Shown: positions 28,141 through 63,496, counted from the stretch's first letter. The stretch: DNA of 64,000 nucleotides from Antedon mediterranea (GCF_964355755.1 NC_092678.1:23329365-23393364), one strand, 5' to 3'. Notes: generated by a model from the sequence alone, not told the origin. Made by a program: numbers and translations.

Positions 28141-28485
28141 AGACGTATTGTCCCCCTGAAAAAATCTTTCATAACATTTTGTTTGTTGAATATGCCATTT
28201 TAATGTCACCTAATAATTATCCACTATGACCACAATTTTGATCGAAAAAAAAATGTATTTACTTAAAACATTTTTTTAATTTTTTTAAAATAGTCAAATT
28301 GGCTGCCAGTCAATGGGTGTTTGGTTGAATTTGACCATTTATTTTGTCATTTTATAAGTGAAAACAATTATTTTTTCTGGTTTTTTTCATCTGAAGTGAT
28401 TACTTTATTAAAACTACAAAATAATCTATTCAAATTCTGATTTTATTAATCTTTACTTTTAATGTTTTTGGGGGACAATACATCT
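28141..28485. mobile_element. TTAA-flanked MITE sharing family C termini
   Basis: TTAA|AGACGTATTGTCCCCC...GGGGGACAATACATCT|TTAA, with a different interior. Confidence 0.8.
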
Positions 28486-29373
28486 TTAACTTTCTTTCTC
28501 AAATTTTGAGATTGGGATTCCAATTCATTTAAAATACAATTGTTATGTCACTTTTTGTATTTTGTTATACTTGGGATAGGCACTGTTTTACTACAGTAGG
28601 CCTATGAATATTATAATTTATAGTGAATATAACATTTAACATACAGTAATCTTATCTAGCCTCTTAATCTATAAATGGTCTATAACATAAAACAAACTGA
28701 TGATTAAAAAAAAACATAGTTTCAAACAAGATATAATATTGAAATACCTGAAATGTTGTATAACTGAGCGTATTCCTGTAGACACTCGGAATAAAACAAA
28801 TTAATTGATTCAAACCTCCCTGGTATTTTATTGTTGCTTCCAGTTAGGTATTAGGGACAAAAATGGAAGCCGCTATACACGTAATTTATTTTGACAAAAA
28901 TCATACGACAAAAATATAGAGGTCACTATACACATAATTTAATTTGTCAAAAATCCTGCGATTTCATATTATTTGAGGTATTTAACATAAATGCATTTCA
29001 TTGTGTCCAAATATAGCATTTTGATATCCATGTGTCTAATATAAATGAAAATTTTCATTGCTTCCCATTTTTAATCAATTTTTATTAATCACTAAAATGT
29101 GGATTTGGAATGTTTACTATTTCATTTGCATAAATAAAATTACATTGTGTAAAAATTGCCTTTTTTAAACTTTATTTACACATTTCAACTTATATATGGA
29201 ATGTTTACTGAACAAATATTGGGAAAAAAATCATACAGATATCCAATTAGTTATGGATCTTATGAACTTTTTTTTATAACTATGTTGATATAATTGTAAT
29301 TAAATTGGTAGAACAACGTTATATTAATATCATTTATAATTATAACAATACTAATGTATTGACATAGCACTCA

Positions 29374-29634
29374 AGCCTGGTTTCCATTAAAATCGTTTCC
29401 ATTAAAATCGCTACACGCGCAGATGTCGCCGACGCAATCGGGAAGGCTCCCCGATTCATTGCAGTCAAATCGGCAAAGTTCAACCATGTTCAACTTTGCC
29501 GATTTTGTCGGCGATGAATCGTAATACGCGTATCAAAGAATATTTAGCACTCGCGTACTAGATCCCCGATAAATTCTAGCGTTTCCATAGAATCGCTACG
29601 CTCTGTCGTGTAGCGATTTTATGGAAACCAGGCT
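29374..29634. mobile_element. Harbinger-like MITE downstream of the IFT122 stop codon
   Basis: TIR AGCCTGGTTTCCAT(T)AAAATCG(CTACACG), an internal palindrome ATCGGCAAAGTT...AACTTTGCCGAT, and TCA/TTA flanks. Confidence 0.8.
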
Positions 29635-29988
29635 TTAAGAGGCGCCGTTAAGTTGAAAGATGGTCCTGTTAGTCTTAGGTTGCAAAATGGGGCCTGTAAG
29701 CTCATAGCTAAGGTTTTATATATGAGGGTTCTTTTTTTCCTTAAAAGGATAAAAAATCGTCATAATTTAGGCTAGTTAGGATTATTTACTATAACTTTCG
29801 CTGCTAGCCTCTATTCCCCACCCATCCCCTCTCTGGCTACGGACCAGCCTGCAAGAAAGCTGATCAAACTCTCTCTATATAAATACTGTTTAGGACATCA
29901 ATTCAATTCTTGTCAATTATATCAAGGTTTTGTTGATGGAATTTAAATCAATCACATTCTGCACGTCTTCTGCACACACTGATGTGGT

Positions 29989-44116
<14,128 letters not shown>

Positions 44117-44225
44117 TATAACAACTATAACACTCTGGTAACTCGTAAAAAGTGATCTTATAAAACCCTTTTGTCGCCTGTTGATAACTTTACCACCATT
44201 TTATTTTGTATTGATGGTATGTGCA

Positions 44226-44242
44226 TGACCTTTCGATGACCT
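44226..44242 (-). promoter_or_regulatory. Perfect nuclear-receptor DR5 motif upstream of IFT122
   Basis: AGGTCA-TCGAA-AGGTCA on the minus strand, 110 bp upstream of the IFT122 ATG. This is a motif match only. Confidence 0.35.
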
Positions 44243-44985
44243 GGTTTCCGGTTAATAATCCTCATGAATATTAATAATATTTATGAATATGAATGAATTA
44301 TACCATCACGGTCTGCGTTCTTATTGGATAAAAAAATATATTTTCTTTAATCAAACCATATTTTATTCAAATATAATAGGAAAATTGGAGTCTGATACTT
44401 GCATCTTAATCCTGAAATCATGTAGAATTTGTAATATCAAATGAACCATTTATGGAAAAATTCATTGAATTTTATTCATAATTTTGGAGACATAAAAGAC
44501 ACGCAATAGAAACGAATACTGTATAAAGAATTGTTATTTTTTTATTTGCAAATTAATATTTTTTTTAGATCTAAGCTACATCTATTTCTATCACCATATA
44601 TAAGTTTATTTTAAGTTTTAAAGAAGTTGGTTGTTGATAAAAACATATTTGCTCCTGTAAATTACAATGAATTGTGAACAGAAAAAATGACAAATTTAAA
44701 TGACCTTACTAATTTCGATATAAACCCACTAGTCAAAACTTAAGTTTAAAGGTGTGTTTACACCTAAATTAGTATAGTATAGAGACTCAACTGCTTTCAC
44801 AAAAGTGACCAGAGAAACGTAAATAATGACATGCAATACACATGCAAGAACACTATACAGTAAACATTATAAATAATAGTAATCAACATTGACTGATCAT
44901 TACATCATAATCACAATGATAAAAGGCACTACAAAACAACTGGCAAAACAGACATGTGTGTAGAACAGCCAAATGGATTACCTAA

Positions 44986-45128
44986 AGCTCTGTCTACACT
45001 ATCAAAAAAGTGTGCTCAAATATGGTAGTGATGCGCCCAAATAATATGGTAGTGGTATGACATCATCATGTCCATATATGGGCACATCACATTTTTGTCA
45101 CATAAAGTTTGATAGTGTAGACAGAGCT
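44986..45128. mobile_element. MITE family A
   Basis: Both TIRs and a TAA TSD. Confidence 0.88.
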
Positions 45129-46403
45129 TAAGGCATTACAGAACAGCAAAAAGTGTGGCAGAAAGTGTAACCGATATCTGTGTGTGTCTAACAGCAGATA
45201 CATTCACAAAGCGCTATACAACGAATCATAAAAAGATATAGTAGGGGTTTCTTGAGTGTATAGTACATAAATAGATACAAGATATTTATTTAGTGTTTAA
45301 AATAATTAATGGATTCTGAAATTAACTTACAAATTATAGATTATCTTGTTATAGTTTGAATTCTGTATTAGGAAATTAGACAAGCTTTTATACTAAGCGA
45401 ATGGTTTAGAGGCAGATTAATGATATTGCAGTCAATTACCTCCAACAAAGTATAGAGTGTATGCCATGTCAGATCTAATATAGGCATAATCTACAAACTC
45501 AATACATTTTAGATAAAACATATTACCATAATCGCCATAACTACAAGTGATGCATGGCATAAAATTATTAATATATATGATATAACACTTTAAATTTTGT
45601 GTAATAATTGAGTATCAAATTAATATGTTAATTCTAAGTTAATACGGTACTTGTTTTTTATCCCAAAAATTCTTAGTCCCATTTCTAGTGACAATCTTCT
45701 TATTAAGTGGTCAGTACATCAAGCTATCACAACATGATGTCGTCATTATAGCCCCATAAGAAGTTTGCAGTATCACACTGCATGGGTGAAATTCAAAACC
45801 TTATTAAAGGTATTAAAATACCACTTGGTTTTTATGTCACTAGAAATGGGCATCGTAAAATGCAGTATAAATTCCTGAATAATATGGAATTTACTTCTTT
45901 TTTCTCTCCACTACAGCGTTTTAAATTAAATAGTATAAGTTACATACACATAATAAAACAATTGAAATTATTACAATTTAATTTAGATGTTATCAGTTTT
46001 AAATTCAATTGTTCTGATTACAAACCATGCTTTAAAACTCTATTCATTAGCTCCTGAAATTATATTTTTTAAAAATGAAAAGAGAGAACCTGACAAGAGC
46101 ACAACAAGCATTAGCTTAATACAACGTACGTCTGGGTAGCATTTTCAGTATCTTACATGTTGGACCGAAAACAAACAAGATTTTATCTATAGTTCTGGAT
46201 ATGTTTAATTTGTCAGGTATATTAGTTTCTACATTTATAAATAACATGTAGATTGTCTGTGTTTATATGCATGTGACATATTGTGTATTTCTTGTTAGAG
46301 TCGGTGACAAATTTCCCATACTAGAAATCAGAAGTTACAAACTTGTCCATAACACCTCAGGAAAGTTAGTATGTGAACACAATGTGTCTATTCCGACGTG
46401 AAA

Positions 46404-46516
46404 AGCTTGGTTCACACTAGAGACGCAATGCAAAGAAGCAATTTGACCAATCACAAGCGATGCATTATTCAAACATATCAACTCTCTTGTGTTACGTCTC
46501 TAGTGGGAACCAAGCA
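46404..46516. mobile_element. Short MITE (GCTTGGTTC(A/C)CACTAGAGACG termini)
   Basis: Inverted termini, with a related degenerate copy at about 4951-5098. Confidence 0.7.
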
Positions 46517-46894
46517 TTAACTGGGTTACTGAACTAATGAAATCTAGACAAATCTGTTTACTGGTGCAGATATAATTTTACTGCAATTGGTTGTTAGGAT
46601 AGGTACATAATATCAGAAAAATTAATTAATAGTTTTATATTAATTTAAAAAAAACTAAAAATTCCACTACAGTATTTACATAATCGGATATTTAAAAAAT
46701 CATTTTATATTTGATATAATGAGCACATCATAAAACATTTCATTTTTTAAAGATAATTTTGGTAGACACTAAAAACTACTTGTTACTATCAAAGTTTAAA
46801 GCATACACAGTACAGTTTACATGCGACCTACATTATATTAACAATGAAATGGACAACATTCCACGGTTCATTAAATGTGTACATACACAACTAA

Positions 46895-47970
46895 GGCCCT
46901 GTTCAGACCCATGGCGTTAGACCGTTTTAGCGTACAACGTTACTATCAAGGTCACGTTACAAACCGCAGAGAAAAAAACGAGGTGTTCAGACCCATAGCG
47001 TACGATTATCGTTACAACGGAAGTACGTCATCCAAGTTGTTTCTAGTTGCATATTCATGTGCTCTTACCCACGTGTTTTCATCATTATTTCCACTGTATA
47101 CAGGCCTAGATCTCAGCCCTACAATTATGACAAAATTTGCCGTAAATAAAACATACCTCAGCATTTATTTAAGAAAAATATAGTAAAGCCAAATTTCTGT
47201 TTCTATTGTTTTTATTTTGTAGTAAAAAACATTTTCCCCAGGCTCTTGTGTTACGAAAATAAAGCAGGCCTCGTAATGATGAAGAAAAAAATGATTGTGA
47301 TTAGTCTATCCAGTCCAGTCAAAGATTATATATTCTTTGGTCCAGTCGGTTGAAAATAACCCTTAACTTGCTAATAAAAGGGAAACAGCTCCCCTTGTTT
47401 GTTTACTGATTTTTTTAGGAGTTAGGGGGTTTTCAGCATTAAACTTGTCCAGTCTAGTCTGCCTTGTATGAATGAGTGACTTGATGTCCCAGGCTAGTTT
47501 TTAGCTTGAATGAAATGCGTGAATGGCTCTAGGCCTAGCTAGGCCTAAAAGCGGATGGGATCGTAGTCCCTATGTTTAAATACAAGGTGCATGTATTTAT
47601 GTCATTTGTTAGAAAATATAATGGTAATCAGTTGATAATAGTTTGTAGCCTTTGTAACAGTTATATTTGTAGTGTAGTTAGGCCTTATTTATTCTGGCCT
47701 TTTTGTTATTGAAATCCATCTCACACATTGACGATACAAGATGTCAGCCTAGGTCAAACCTTGTTTCGCGTCATAACAGGAAACGTTCTGATTGGATACA
47801 ACGTTGACTTACAGTAGCGTCGTACGCTAAAACGGTACTATCAACCGTTTTCCACTACAACGCTACAACCGTTGTACAACGCGTTGTACGCTAATCCCCA
47901 ACTGTTCAGACACACATTCTTTTAGCGTCGTACGCTAAAACGGTCTAACGCCATGGGTCTGAACAGGGCC
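46895..47970. mobile_element. Non-autonomous PIF/Harbinger element, 1.08 kb
   Basis: Perfect ~41-bp TIR GGCCCTGTTCAGACCCATGGCGTTAGACCGTTTTAGCGTAC, TAA TSD and sub-terminal repeats. No transposase ORF. Confidence 0.9.
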
Positions 47971-48474
47971 TAAGCTGTATCACTTTAAATAAAGAGAATG
48001 GCTTTATGAATTAGCAGCTGTGTATACAGTCAGGCAATGATATCACCAATGTAATCACATGTAGGCATGTGTTTCCTGGTTTTCAATTGAAATCAAGGAT
48101 AAATAGAAATCTATTTCATCATGGGATATGTGTACAACAAAATCATGCTTCTAGCTACTTATAATTATACACAGTTGCTATTCACAGGCAGCCTTGTGGC
48201 TATACACACAGCTGCTGTGCATATAGCCACATACTTAAATTACACACTGTACACTGAACATTAAGAAAATATGATGGTCTTAATTTACTTTGCTCCATAT
48301 GAGTTTTAAGCAAACAATACAATAAAAAAGACGGTTATAATAACTCAATATTATCTAAACACCCCAAAAACGGATTATTTAAAATTTGGAGGTGGTTTCA
48401 ACGTAATAGAAGACTTTCATTGACATCACTAGCTTGTGGTAAACCAGGTCTCAGCTTAAAGCTGGTTATGCATT

Positions 48475-48951
48475 CTGAAGAGAGAAAATATAAAAAAGAG
48501 AACATTATAAAGGTGGCGTTACTCATGAGCACTTTATGACCACCTCACAAGTGGAATTTCATCTATTTTAATTACTACTATAAAATACCTTTTTATCAGG
48601 AATCAAAGTATGTTTCTACTCTCACTAACTTTATTTTTTTTAAATGTATTTCTTCTTTATATAGACCTCTTCAAAGACTGTTCTTACCAGAGGGCTCAGT
48701 AAAACAAAACACCAACCATATAATTCTCAACATAAGTTATTTCACAGTGATCTCAATGTGAAGAGCATTCAGTACAATTACATCAGAGTAGGGTAAGTGG
48801 CATGTCTACAGTCCAGTCAAGAGCAGTCGTTCAAATCACTCATGAGCAACCACCCACTTATTGACCAACACAAGTGAGTATTCACACACCACTTTTAACA
48901 AAACCACTAATACAGTAGGTGTTATATAGTTACTTAAGCATATCTACTTAC
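48475..48951 (-). other. Probable intron in the Rap1 3' UTR
   Basis: A consensus donor GTAAGT lies 32 nt after the stop codon, and a strong acceptor TTTCTCTCTTCAG ends at 48475. Confidence 0.6.
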
Positions 48952-48983
48952 AATGTAAAGACAAAGAGAAGAATAACAATGAT

Positions 48984-56914
<7,931 letters not shown>

Positions 56915-58131
56915 GTTGATGAAATAATTCTACCTATAAAAAAAAATAACAGTGATATAAATAAAGAAACAAGATGAATCAATCAAAACAAATAAATGTC
57001 TGCTACAATAATTTATAGAGGAAATTGTAAGGTAGTGCAGAATTGTTTATGAGGAAGTCCATATTTTATTAATGACAGTATCTCACAGAGAGATCTATGA
57101 TACAAAGATCTTCTATTCTTAAATTATATATGAATACTGTATTTTTTTAGCTACTGTAGTCTATAACAGCTCAGTGTATGCTTAAACCATATAGTTCACT
57201 ACTTCTATGCTTAGACACTGTTCTTGTATTAATATAGTCGTCTTCTGTTGAACAGCAACACACTGTTTGTTTTTTTTACACCACAAAAGTCTACAACCCA
57301 CTTTCAGTATTCTACCATTTCTAATGTATATTTACATTAAGTACAGTCATCATACTCATATCTTACTTTACATTTACTGTACCTCCCACAATATGTTTTA
57401 ATATTTTACTTAATCCTCTTTCTACAAAATAGCTTGTATGTGTAAGTACTCTATAGCACATTTGCATATCCTTGCCATATTAATGTAACTGTACATATGG
57501 AATCACATTTGTGAATGTTTGATTAGTGTTTCATGTGTTGTGCATTATTTTCTCCCAATCGCACCCTAGCTTCGATAAAAATGAACGATGCCACATGGAC
57601 AACAAACATGTACAGTAGACTGCTCTATCCACGGCCGAAATTCCAAGGACCGCATTTTACCTACAGAAGCGCTAGTTTAATTGAACAGAGGTTTACTTTA
57701 GAATAGTAGGTGTGTTAAAAAACAAATATTGAATGTTTGTTTTGAATGAATGTGGATAATATTTTAATTCATTAAAAGTCTCACTTTTCTAAAACAGAAG
57801 TTTTCACTCATGAAAATATTTTTTCCTTTTAGTAAAGTTAGTCATTATTTCTTTATGATAGAAATGTTTTATTTATTAATTTTGGTATAAAAAAAACATT
57901 ACATACAAAAAGCAGCAGAAGCTGAAAGTATTGCATTTACATAAATTCGGTATAAAAAGTACACAAAAACATCAAGACATTAACATAGAAAAACATCAAG
58001 ACATTAACATAGAAAAATATCAAGACATTATAGTAATACAAATTTATACAAAAAACAATCAAACACGAAAAAGTTATACAAAAACAAAGGAAAAATCAAC
58101 CACAGCAAAAAAGTGATTAAAATTCATTAAT

Positions 58132-58397
58132 TGAGAGTACCTATTGCACACGAGACAAAACAAGTAAAATGAGAGTACCTATTGCACACGAGACAAAACA
58201 AGTAAAATGAGAGTACCTATTGCACACGAGACAAAACAAGTAAAATGAGAGTACCTATTGCACACGAGACAAAACAAGTAAAATGAGAGTACCTATTGCA
58301 CATGAGACAAAACAAGTAAAATGAGAGTACCTATTGCACACGAGACAAAACAAGTAAAATGAGAGTACCTATTGCACACGAGACAAAACAAGTAAAA
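58132..58397. repeat. 38-bp minisatellite x7
   Basis: TGAGAGTACCTATTGCACACGAGACAAAACAAGTAAAA. Confidence 0.95.
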
Positions 58398-59021
58398 TTA
58401 GTAAATAAGTCTAATTATTACAGTAGTAGCTACCAAGTAACAATCATACCAAATCACACATTATGCTTGAAAATGAAAAACCACATTCAATGAACATTGT
58501 ACCCTACACCACCACCATTAATAACATTGAAAAAGTTTGAACCAAATAGAAACCACATTGAACATTGCACCTAATGCCACAACATACAGTAACGTATCAT
58601 TACTATGCTGTGTTTACACGCACTAGAGAACATAAACTTCATTCAGTTTTCTAAGCACGGTTAAGGTGAAAGTCCAGTAAAAATTAGTCTAAACCACGAA
58701 AAAATAGAGAATAAAATATAATGCCACTGCCAGCCACTGTGTTGTTATATAACTCTGACGTGGTCTTTCATATAAAATCTGATAGGGGCATACAGGGATT
58801 TGATGTAACAAATGTATTTATGTATTTATAAACATTTTTATTTTATTCAGTTGACAACCAACAGCGATGAAACCGCCACTAACCGGTTGAATCTAAACAT
58901 ACTAAACTATAATAATACATTCAAATAAGCAACAATAACATAAACAAAGATGTGTGTGAATGCAGAGCAAACTAAACAGCTAAAAATGTAACTCCATTTG
59001 TTCATATAGTAACTTTACTTA

Positions 59022-59668
59022 AGCTCTGTCTACTTAACAAAAAAGCGTAATGTGCCTAAAAATATGGTACTGATATGCCAAAATATGGTAGTGATATGCC
59101 AAAATATGGTAGTGATATGCCCAAATATGGTAGTGATATGCCCAAATATGGTAGTGATATGCCCAAATATGGTAGTGATATGCCCAAATATGGTAGTGAT
59201 ATGCCCAAATATGGTAGTGATATGCCAAAATATGGTAGTGATATGCCAAAATATGGTAGTGATATGCCTAAATATGGTAGTGATATGCCAAAATATGGTA
59301 GTGATATGCCAAAATATGGTAGTGATATGCCAAAATAATAATATGGTAATGATATGCCAAAATATGGTAGTGATATGCCAAAATATGGTAGTGATATGCC
59401 AAAATATGGTAGTGATATGCCAAAATATGGTAGTGATATGCCCAAATATGGTAGTGATATGCCCAAATATGGTAGTGATATGCCAAAATATGGTAGTGAT
59501 ATGCCCAAATATGGTAGTGATATGCCAAAATATGGTAGTGATATGCCAAAATATGGTAGTGATATGCCCAAATATGGTAGTGATATGCCTAAATATGGTA
59601 GTGATATGCCAAAATATGGTAGTGATATGCCTAAATATGGTAGTGATATGCCCAAATATGGTAGTGTA
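59022..59668. repeat. MITE family A expanded into a ~29 x 21-bp minisatellite
   Basis: A left TIR remnant AGCTCTGTCTAC is followed by tandem CC(C/A/T)AAATATGGTAGTGATATG. The right end is lost. Confidence 0.93.
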
Positions 59669-60368
59669 GTAATGAGTTTCTTTTATATCAATTATTTTTC
59701 ATTCATAATGTATTCTTGATGATTCACAAAACTGTAATTATAAATAGCGGGTGTGGACTATTAAGGTATTCAATTTTACAGACCTACTTTAAAAATGTAT
59801 TGTGAACCCAGAGTGTGTATAGAAATTATTCTAAAAGTCAAATTGAATTGAGAAGGTAAAACAATTAAATTTGTTATACATTATCCATAAAATACTAACA
59901 AATGTACCGGTGGGTTGAAAAACATTTACAATAAATAAATTTCTGTTTAAACCTTTATTATTTTTAACCACCATGGTATTTTGATTCGATTTATTTCGGC
60001 ATCGGTACATAAAAAATCACAGACATACAATTAAAAATATATATAAAAAACCATGAGACATAAAGACCGAATAAAAACAAGAAGGATGCCAAGGATAACT
60101 CATAAAAGTCCTCTACGGACTTGTTTCCAATGAGGTCCTTTGAAAGAATTTAACAGTAAAAAAAAGGAACCGTACAAACTTGAACCAGAACAGGGTAGTA
60201 GAGTAGTTATTTAGTGTGAACTACAGATAGGGTAAACATTTTAAGTGGGTGTGGAAGAAGTATTTAATGAGTAATACATGGTATATAGGATAAAAGCCAA
60301 AAATATGTGGTTGTTCCTTTCAAATTGTGCCACTAAAAGTTATCTCTTTTATATAAAACATCATAATA

Positions 60369-60702
60369 CACTTGTCAATTGTATGACCCACTATACGACC
60401 CCCGGGAGAGGTGCGTCATGGGTGCGTCATTTACAAATAATTACTGACGCAGGGGTGCGTCAAAAAACCTAGATGGTACGTCACATCAATGAACAAGGTG
60501 TGTCAATGTCCGTCACTTTACCACCCACTATATCATAAACAACATGGTCACAGTGCGTCAAAATGGGTGCATCATGGTCACCTAAAGGTAAGTCACCTTT
60601 TTGACGCACGGGTGCGTCATGGTATTCAAAAGTATGACGCACATCGGACAAATGACGCACCTCTCCCGGGGGTCGTATAGTGGGTCATACAATTGACAAG
60701 TG
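60369..60702. mobile_element. MITE with perfect 51-bp TIR and 7-bp TSD (P-element-like)
   Basis: TIR CACTTGTCAATTGTATGACCCACTATACGACCCCCGGGAGAGGTGCGTCAT, CATAATA duplicated on both flanks, and CA...TG termini. Confidence 0.88.
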
Positions 60703-61152
60703 CATAATACAGTTAATAATAATAATTCAGGTTGTGATCTAGAAAAGAGTTTTTAAAAATGACAAATGTGTTTTTTAAGAATTAACATTTATAATTTTTA
60801 CGATTTATTAATGTAGACCGAAAAGATGTTAGTCGTTGTAAGCCTACCGAAAAACTACCACCCCACTACTAACACTAACTAATTCGATGATTTGAAACCA
60901 ACCTAGGCTAGGTATGGTGCTTGTCGCCTTCACGGTAGTAGCGCAACTTCGAAGCGACCTCCTAAACAGAATGAGATTTTCTCAGGCCTAGCAAGCTAGC
61001 CACCTCCTAAACTCAAAAGTTTGTGTTCGGTTTTACTAATCAAAACACAGTACAGATTTCGAAAAAAAGATACTAGGATTGTTTACAAGTCAATCTGTAT
61101 TATAATATACATTATCAACATTAATTAATACAATAATAGAATGAAAACTCAC

Positions 61153-61320
61153 TAAAATATGTGCAGTATACTTCGTAAACACTCACAAAGCTTGGGCGGT
61201 GTCGTTTCGCTACTACACACACACTATATTCTGTGTGCTGCTGCTGCAGTGGTGGTGTCGTTTGTCAGACAGCAAGAGGGCTAGGCCAATCTGTTTCAAA
61301 CTGTATGATGACGTCATGAT
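61153..61320 (-). promoter_or_regulatory. Candidate Rap1 non-coding first exon and core promoter
   Basis: The ATG exon begins at a splice acceptor (exon edge 56933), so an upstream exon is needed. This locally GC/CpG-richer patch has GTGAGT donors (61147-61152, 61181-61186), a CCAAT box (61286-61290) and a perfect CRE TGACGTCA (61309-61316). Confidence 0.5.
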
Positions 61321-62289
61321 GGGTTGAAGTTCTAAAAATAGTATTTTTTTACTAGAGAGGATCGAATCGAGCACATAAATTATAATTAATTGAAAACCGA
61401 CCCCACCCGTTCGTTGATTTAATTTGGTATCGTACATAAAATTACCAAGGAGTTTAGTCCATGAAATTACGAATACTTAAAACTGATTCTTAAAAAGGTT
61501 ATAGGCCTACAAACAAATATAAAATATGACACTGATGTAAAAAAAAAACGATGTCTCCTGTGAGGAACGCCAATAAAATATTACCAGGACTTCAATAATC
61601 GATTATAATTTAAATCTTGTATAGCTTCTAGTATACCTTAACTCAGTCGGTATAATGTAGGCCTACTAGGTTTGAAATATCAAAAGGTTCGAAAAATAAT
61701 AAGAACACTATAATGTATATTCAGGATGGGGGTTCAATCGAAACCAACAGCGATAATTACCGCCACTAACTAACACTGACAGGTTTTAAAAACTGAACCA
61801 AAACAAAAAATAGGCCTAATATCCTTCTACAGTATAAGGAAAAAAAAATTGGGAAAAAAGGCGTAAGTCATTTTTTAGTCAAACACATTGTTTCAGCTAG
61901 ACTTGCCCCAAGTCTGTATTTATTGTCTTTTTTTTTTTATTTATTTGTTTTTATTTCGACCGCGATTTTTGTCTGAAAAATATATCCAAACTCAAGTAAT
62001 ACACGTATGAAACGCCATATGTGCACAAATATTTATATTTTTACAAAACTCCGTCTGGAGCCCAGACTATGTTTCAGCGTGTTCCGCCATAATAAAAAGC
62101 CTTACACGCTCTTTCACTATGTATTTTATTTAACATAACTAGGCCAATATGATAACTTTGAAGTCACGTCACTTTGTTAAAAAGTAGACCGTACCGGAAG
62201 TACCTTGCTTCAATCGGGGACTTCCCCCTCCTGACGTTCGCGTTCGCAAAGAATGTTACCCCTACTCAGAAAAAAGGGAACTAGAATGC

Positions 62290-63386
62290 TCTTCGTTACG
62301 TGTTTAGTAAAGAATTTATATCTCATCGTATTTTGGTATGTCGGCGTTGTTATGCAAATGAGTTTGTGCAGGTGTAGTGGGAAAGATGGTATTGTTAGTC
62401 ATTCGCGGTCAACACGCCACACTGTTCAATGTCTGTGCTAAACATAACATTTACAACATCAAAAATGAGGTGACGTAAGCCTCAGAAAAATAAAAGATGT
62501 TATGGTATGCTCTCTCTATAAGGACAATGAAGCTAAAATGTGCTCCTTCATTTTTTAGTACTCTTGGGTGGGCTTCTTTTCCAGATGAACTTCTTTTTTA
62601 GATTACTTTCTAAATGAGGGGATCTGCTATGTTCCCGTCCGTAGAAATTGTTTTTTACATGATTTGAATAATCTTCTAATGTAAAGATCATCAACATTTT
62701 CAACAGTGTGGCGTGTTTACCGCGAATGACTAACAATGCCATCTTCCCTATTACACCTGCACAAACTCATTTGCATAACAACGCAGGGCTTACCAAACTG
62801 TTTAAAATAAGTACAAGGTCCCCAGAAATGACACCTATAGTATTTTGAAACATCACCTCAAAGTAACATTTAACGCGGCCGTGAGGGTAATTCAACAAAA
62901 CAAAATTATGAAATACAAACAGAGCTAGCACACAAAAGCCTACTTACTAATTTTAATATTTCTATAATTTAGAAACAATTACAATTATCACCTTTGATAA
63001 TTATAATGTTAAATTTCAACTACTATCCAGATGCGAATTTTAGGTTGGGTTTTAAAAAACTTGATTTCATATGCTTCAATTTCGAAGATCTGCCTAAAAC
63101 ATATTTATTTATTTATTCTACCATAAACTTTAATTCACAACATAGTATTAGTAGGCCTGCAATAGGCCTACAATATCTTGCATAAAACGGATATTTAAAA
63201 ATACACTATAATGTGTAACGGTAGAATTATAATTATAATGTAAAAGATTAACAAAATAAAAATTGAACAGTGTTGATCGCGAATGACTAACAATACCATC
63301 TTTCCCACAGCACATGTGCACACTCATTTGCATAACAAACGCACGGCATACCAAACTACGATGAGATAAACACGTAACGAAGAGAA
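62290..63386. repeat. Three copies of a 100-150-bp segment (one forward, two inverted)
   Basis: About 62290-62430 (+), 62700-62797 (-) and 63262-63386 (-) share TTGTTATGCAAATGAGT.TG...GGGAA(A)GATGG.ATTGTTAGTCATTCGCG. Confidence 0.85.
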
Positions 63387-63496
63387 TTTTACATTAAAAT
63401 AAATTGAGGGCGCTAAACATAAAATTTAAACCATCAAAGCAGTTGGCGAGAGCCAAAAAAAAAAAAGATGGTAAATGTGCTCTCCCTGCCTCAGCA

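Noticed and set aside
59034-59719. Long repetitive ORFs (MPKYGSD)n, (GISLPYF)n and (MVVICQN)n
   Set aside because: They are translations of the 21-bp MITE-derived satellite. Being open in most frames simply follows from a stop-poor unit whose length is a multiple of 3.
62200-63400. snRNA gene suggested by octamer motifs
   Set aside because: I could not recognise any U snRNA sequence nearby.
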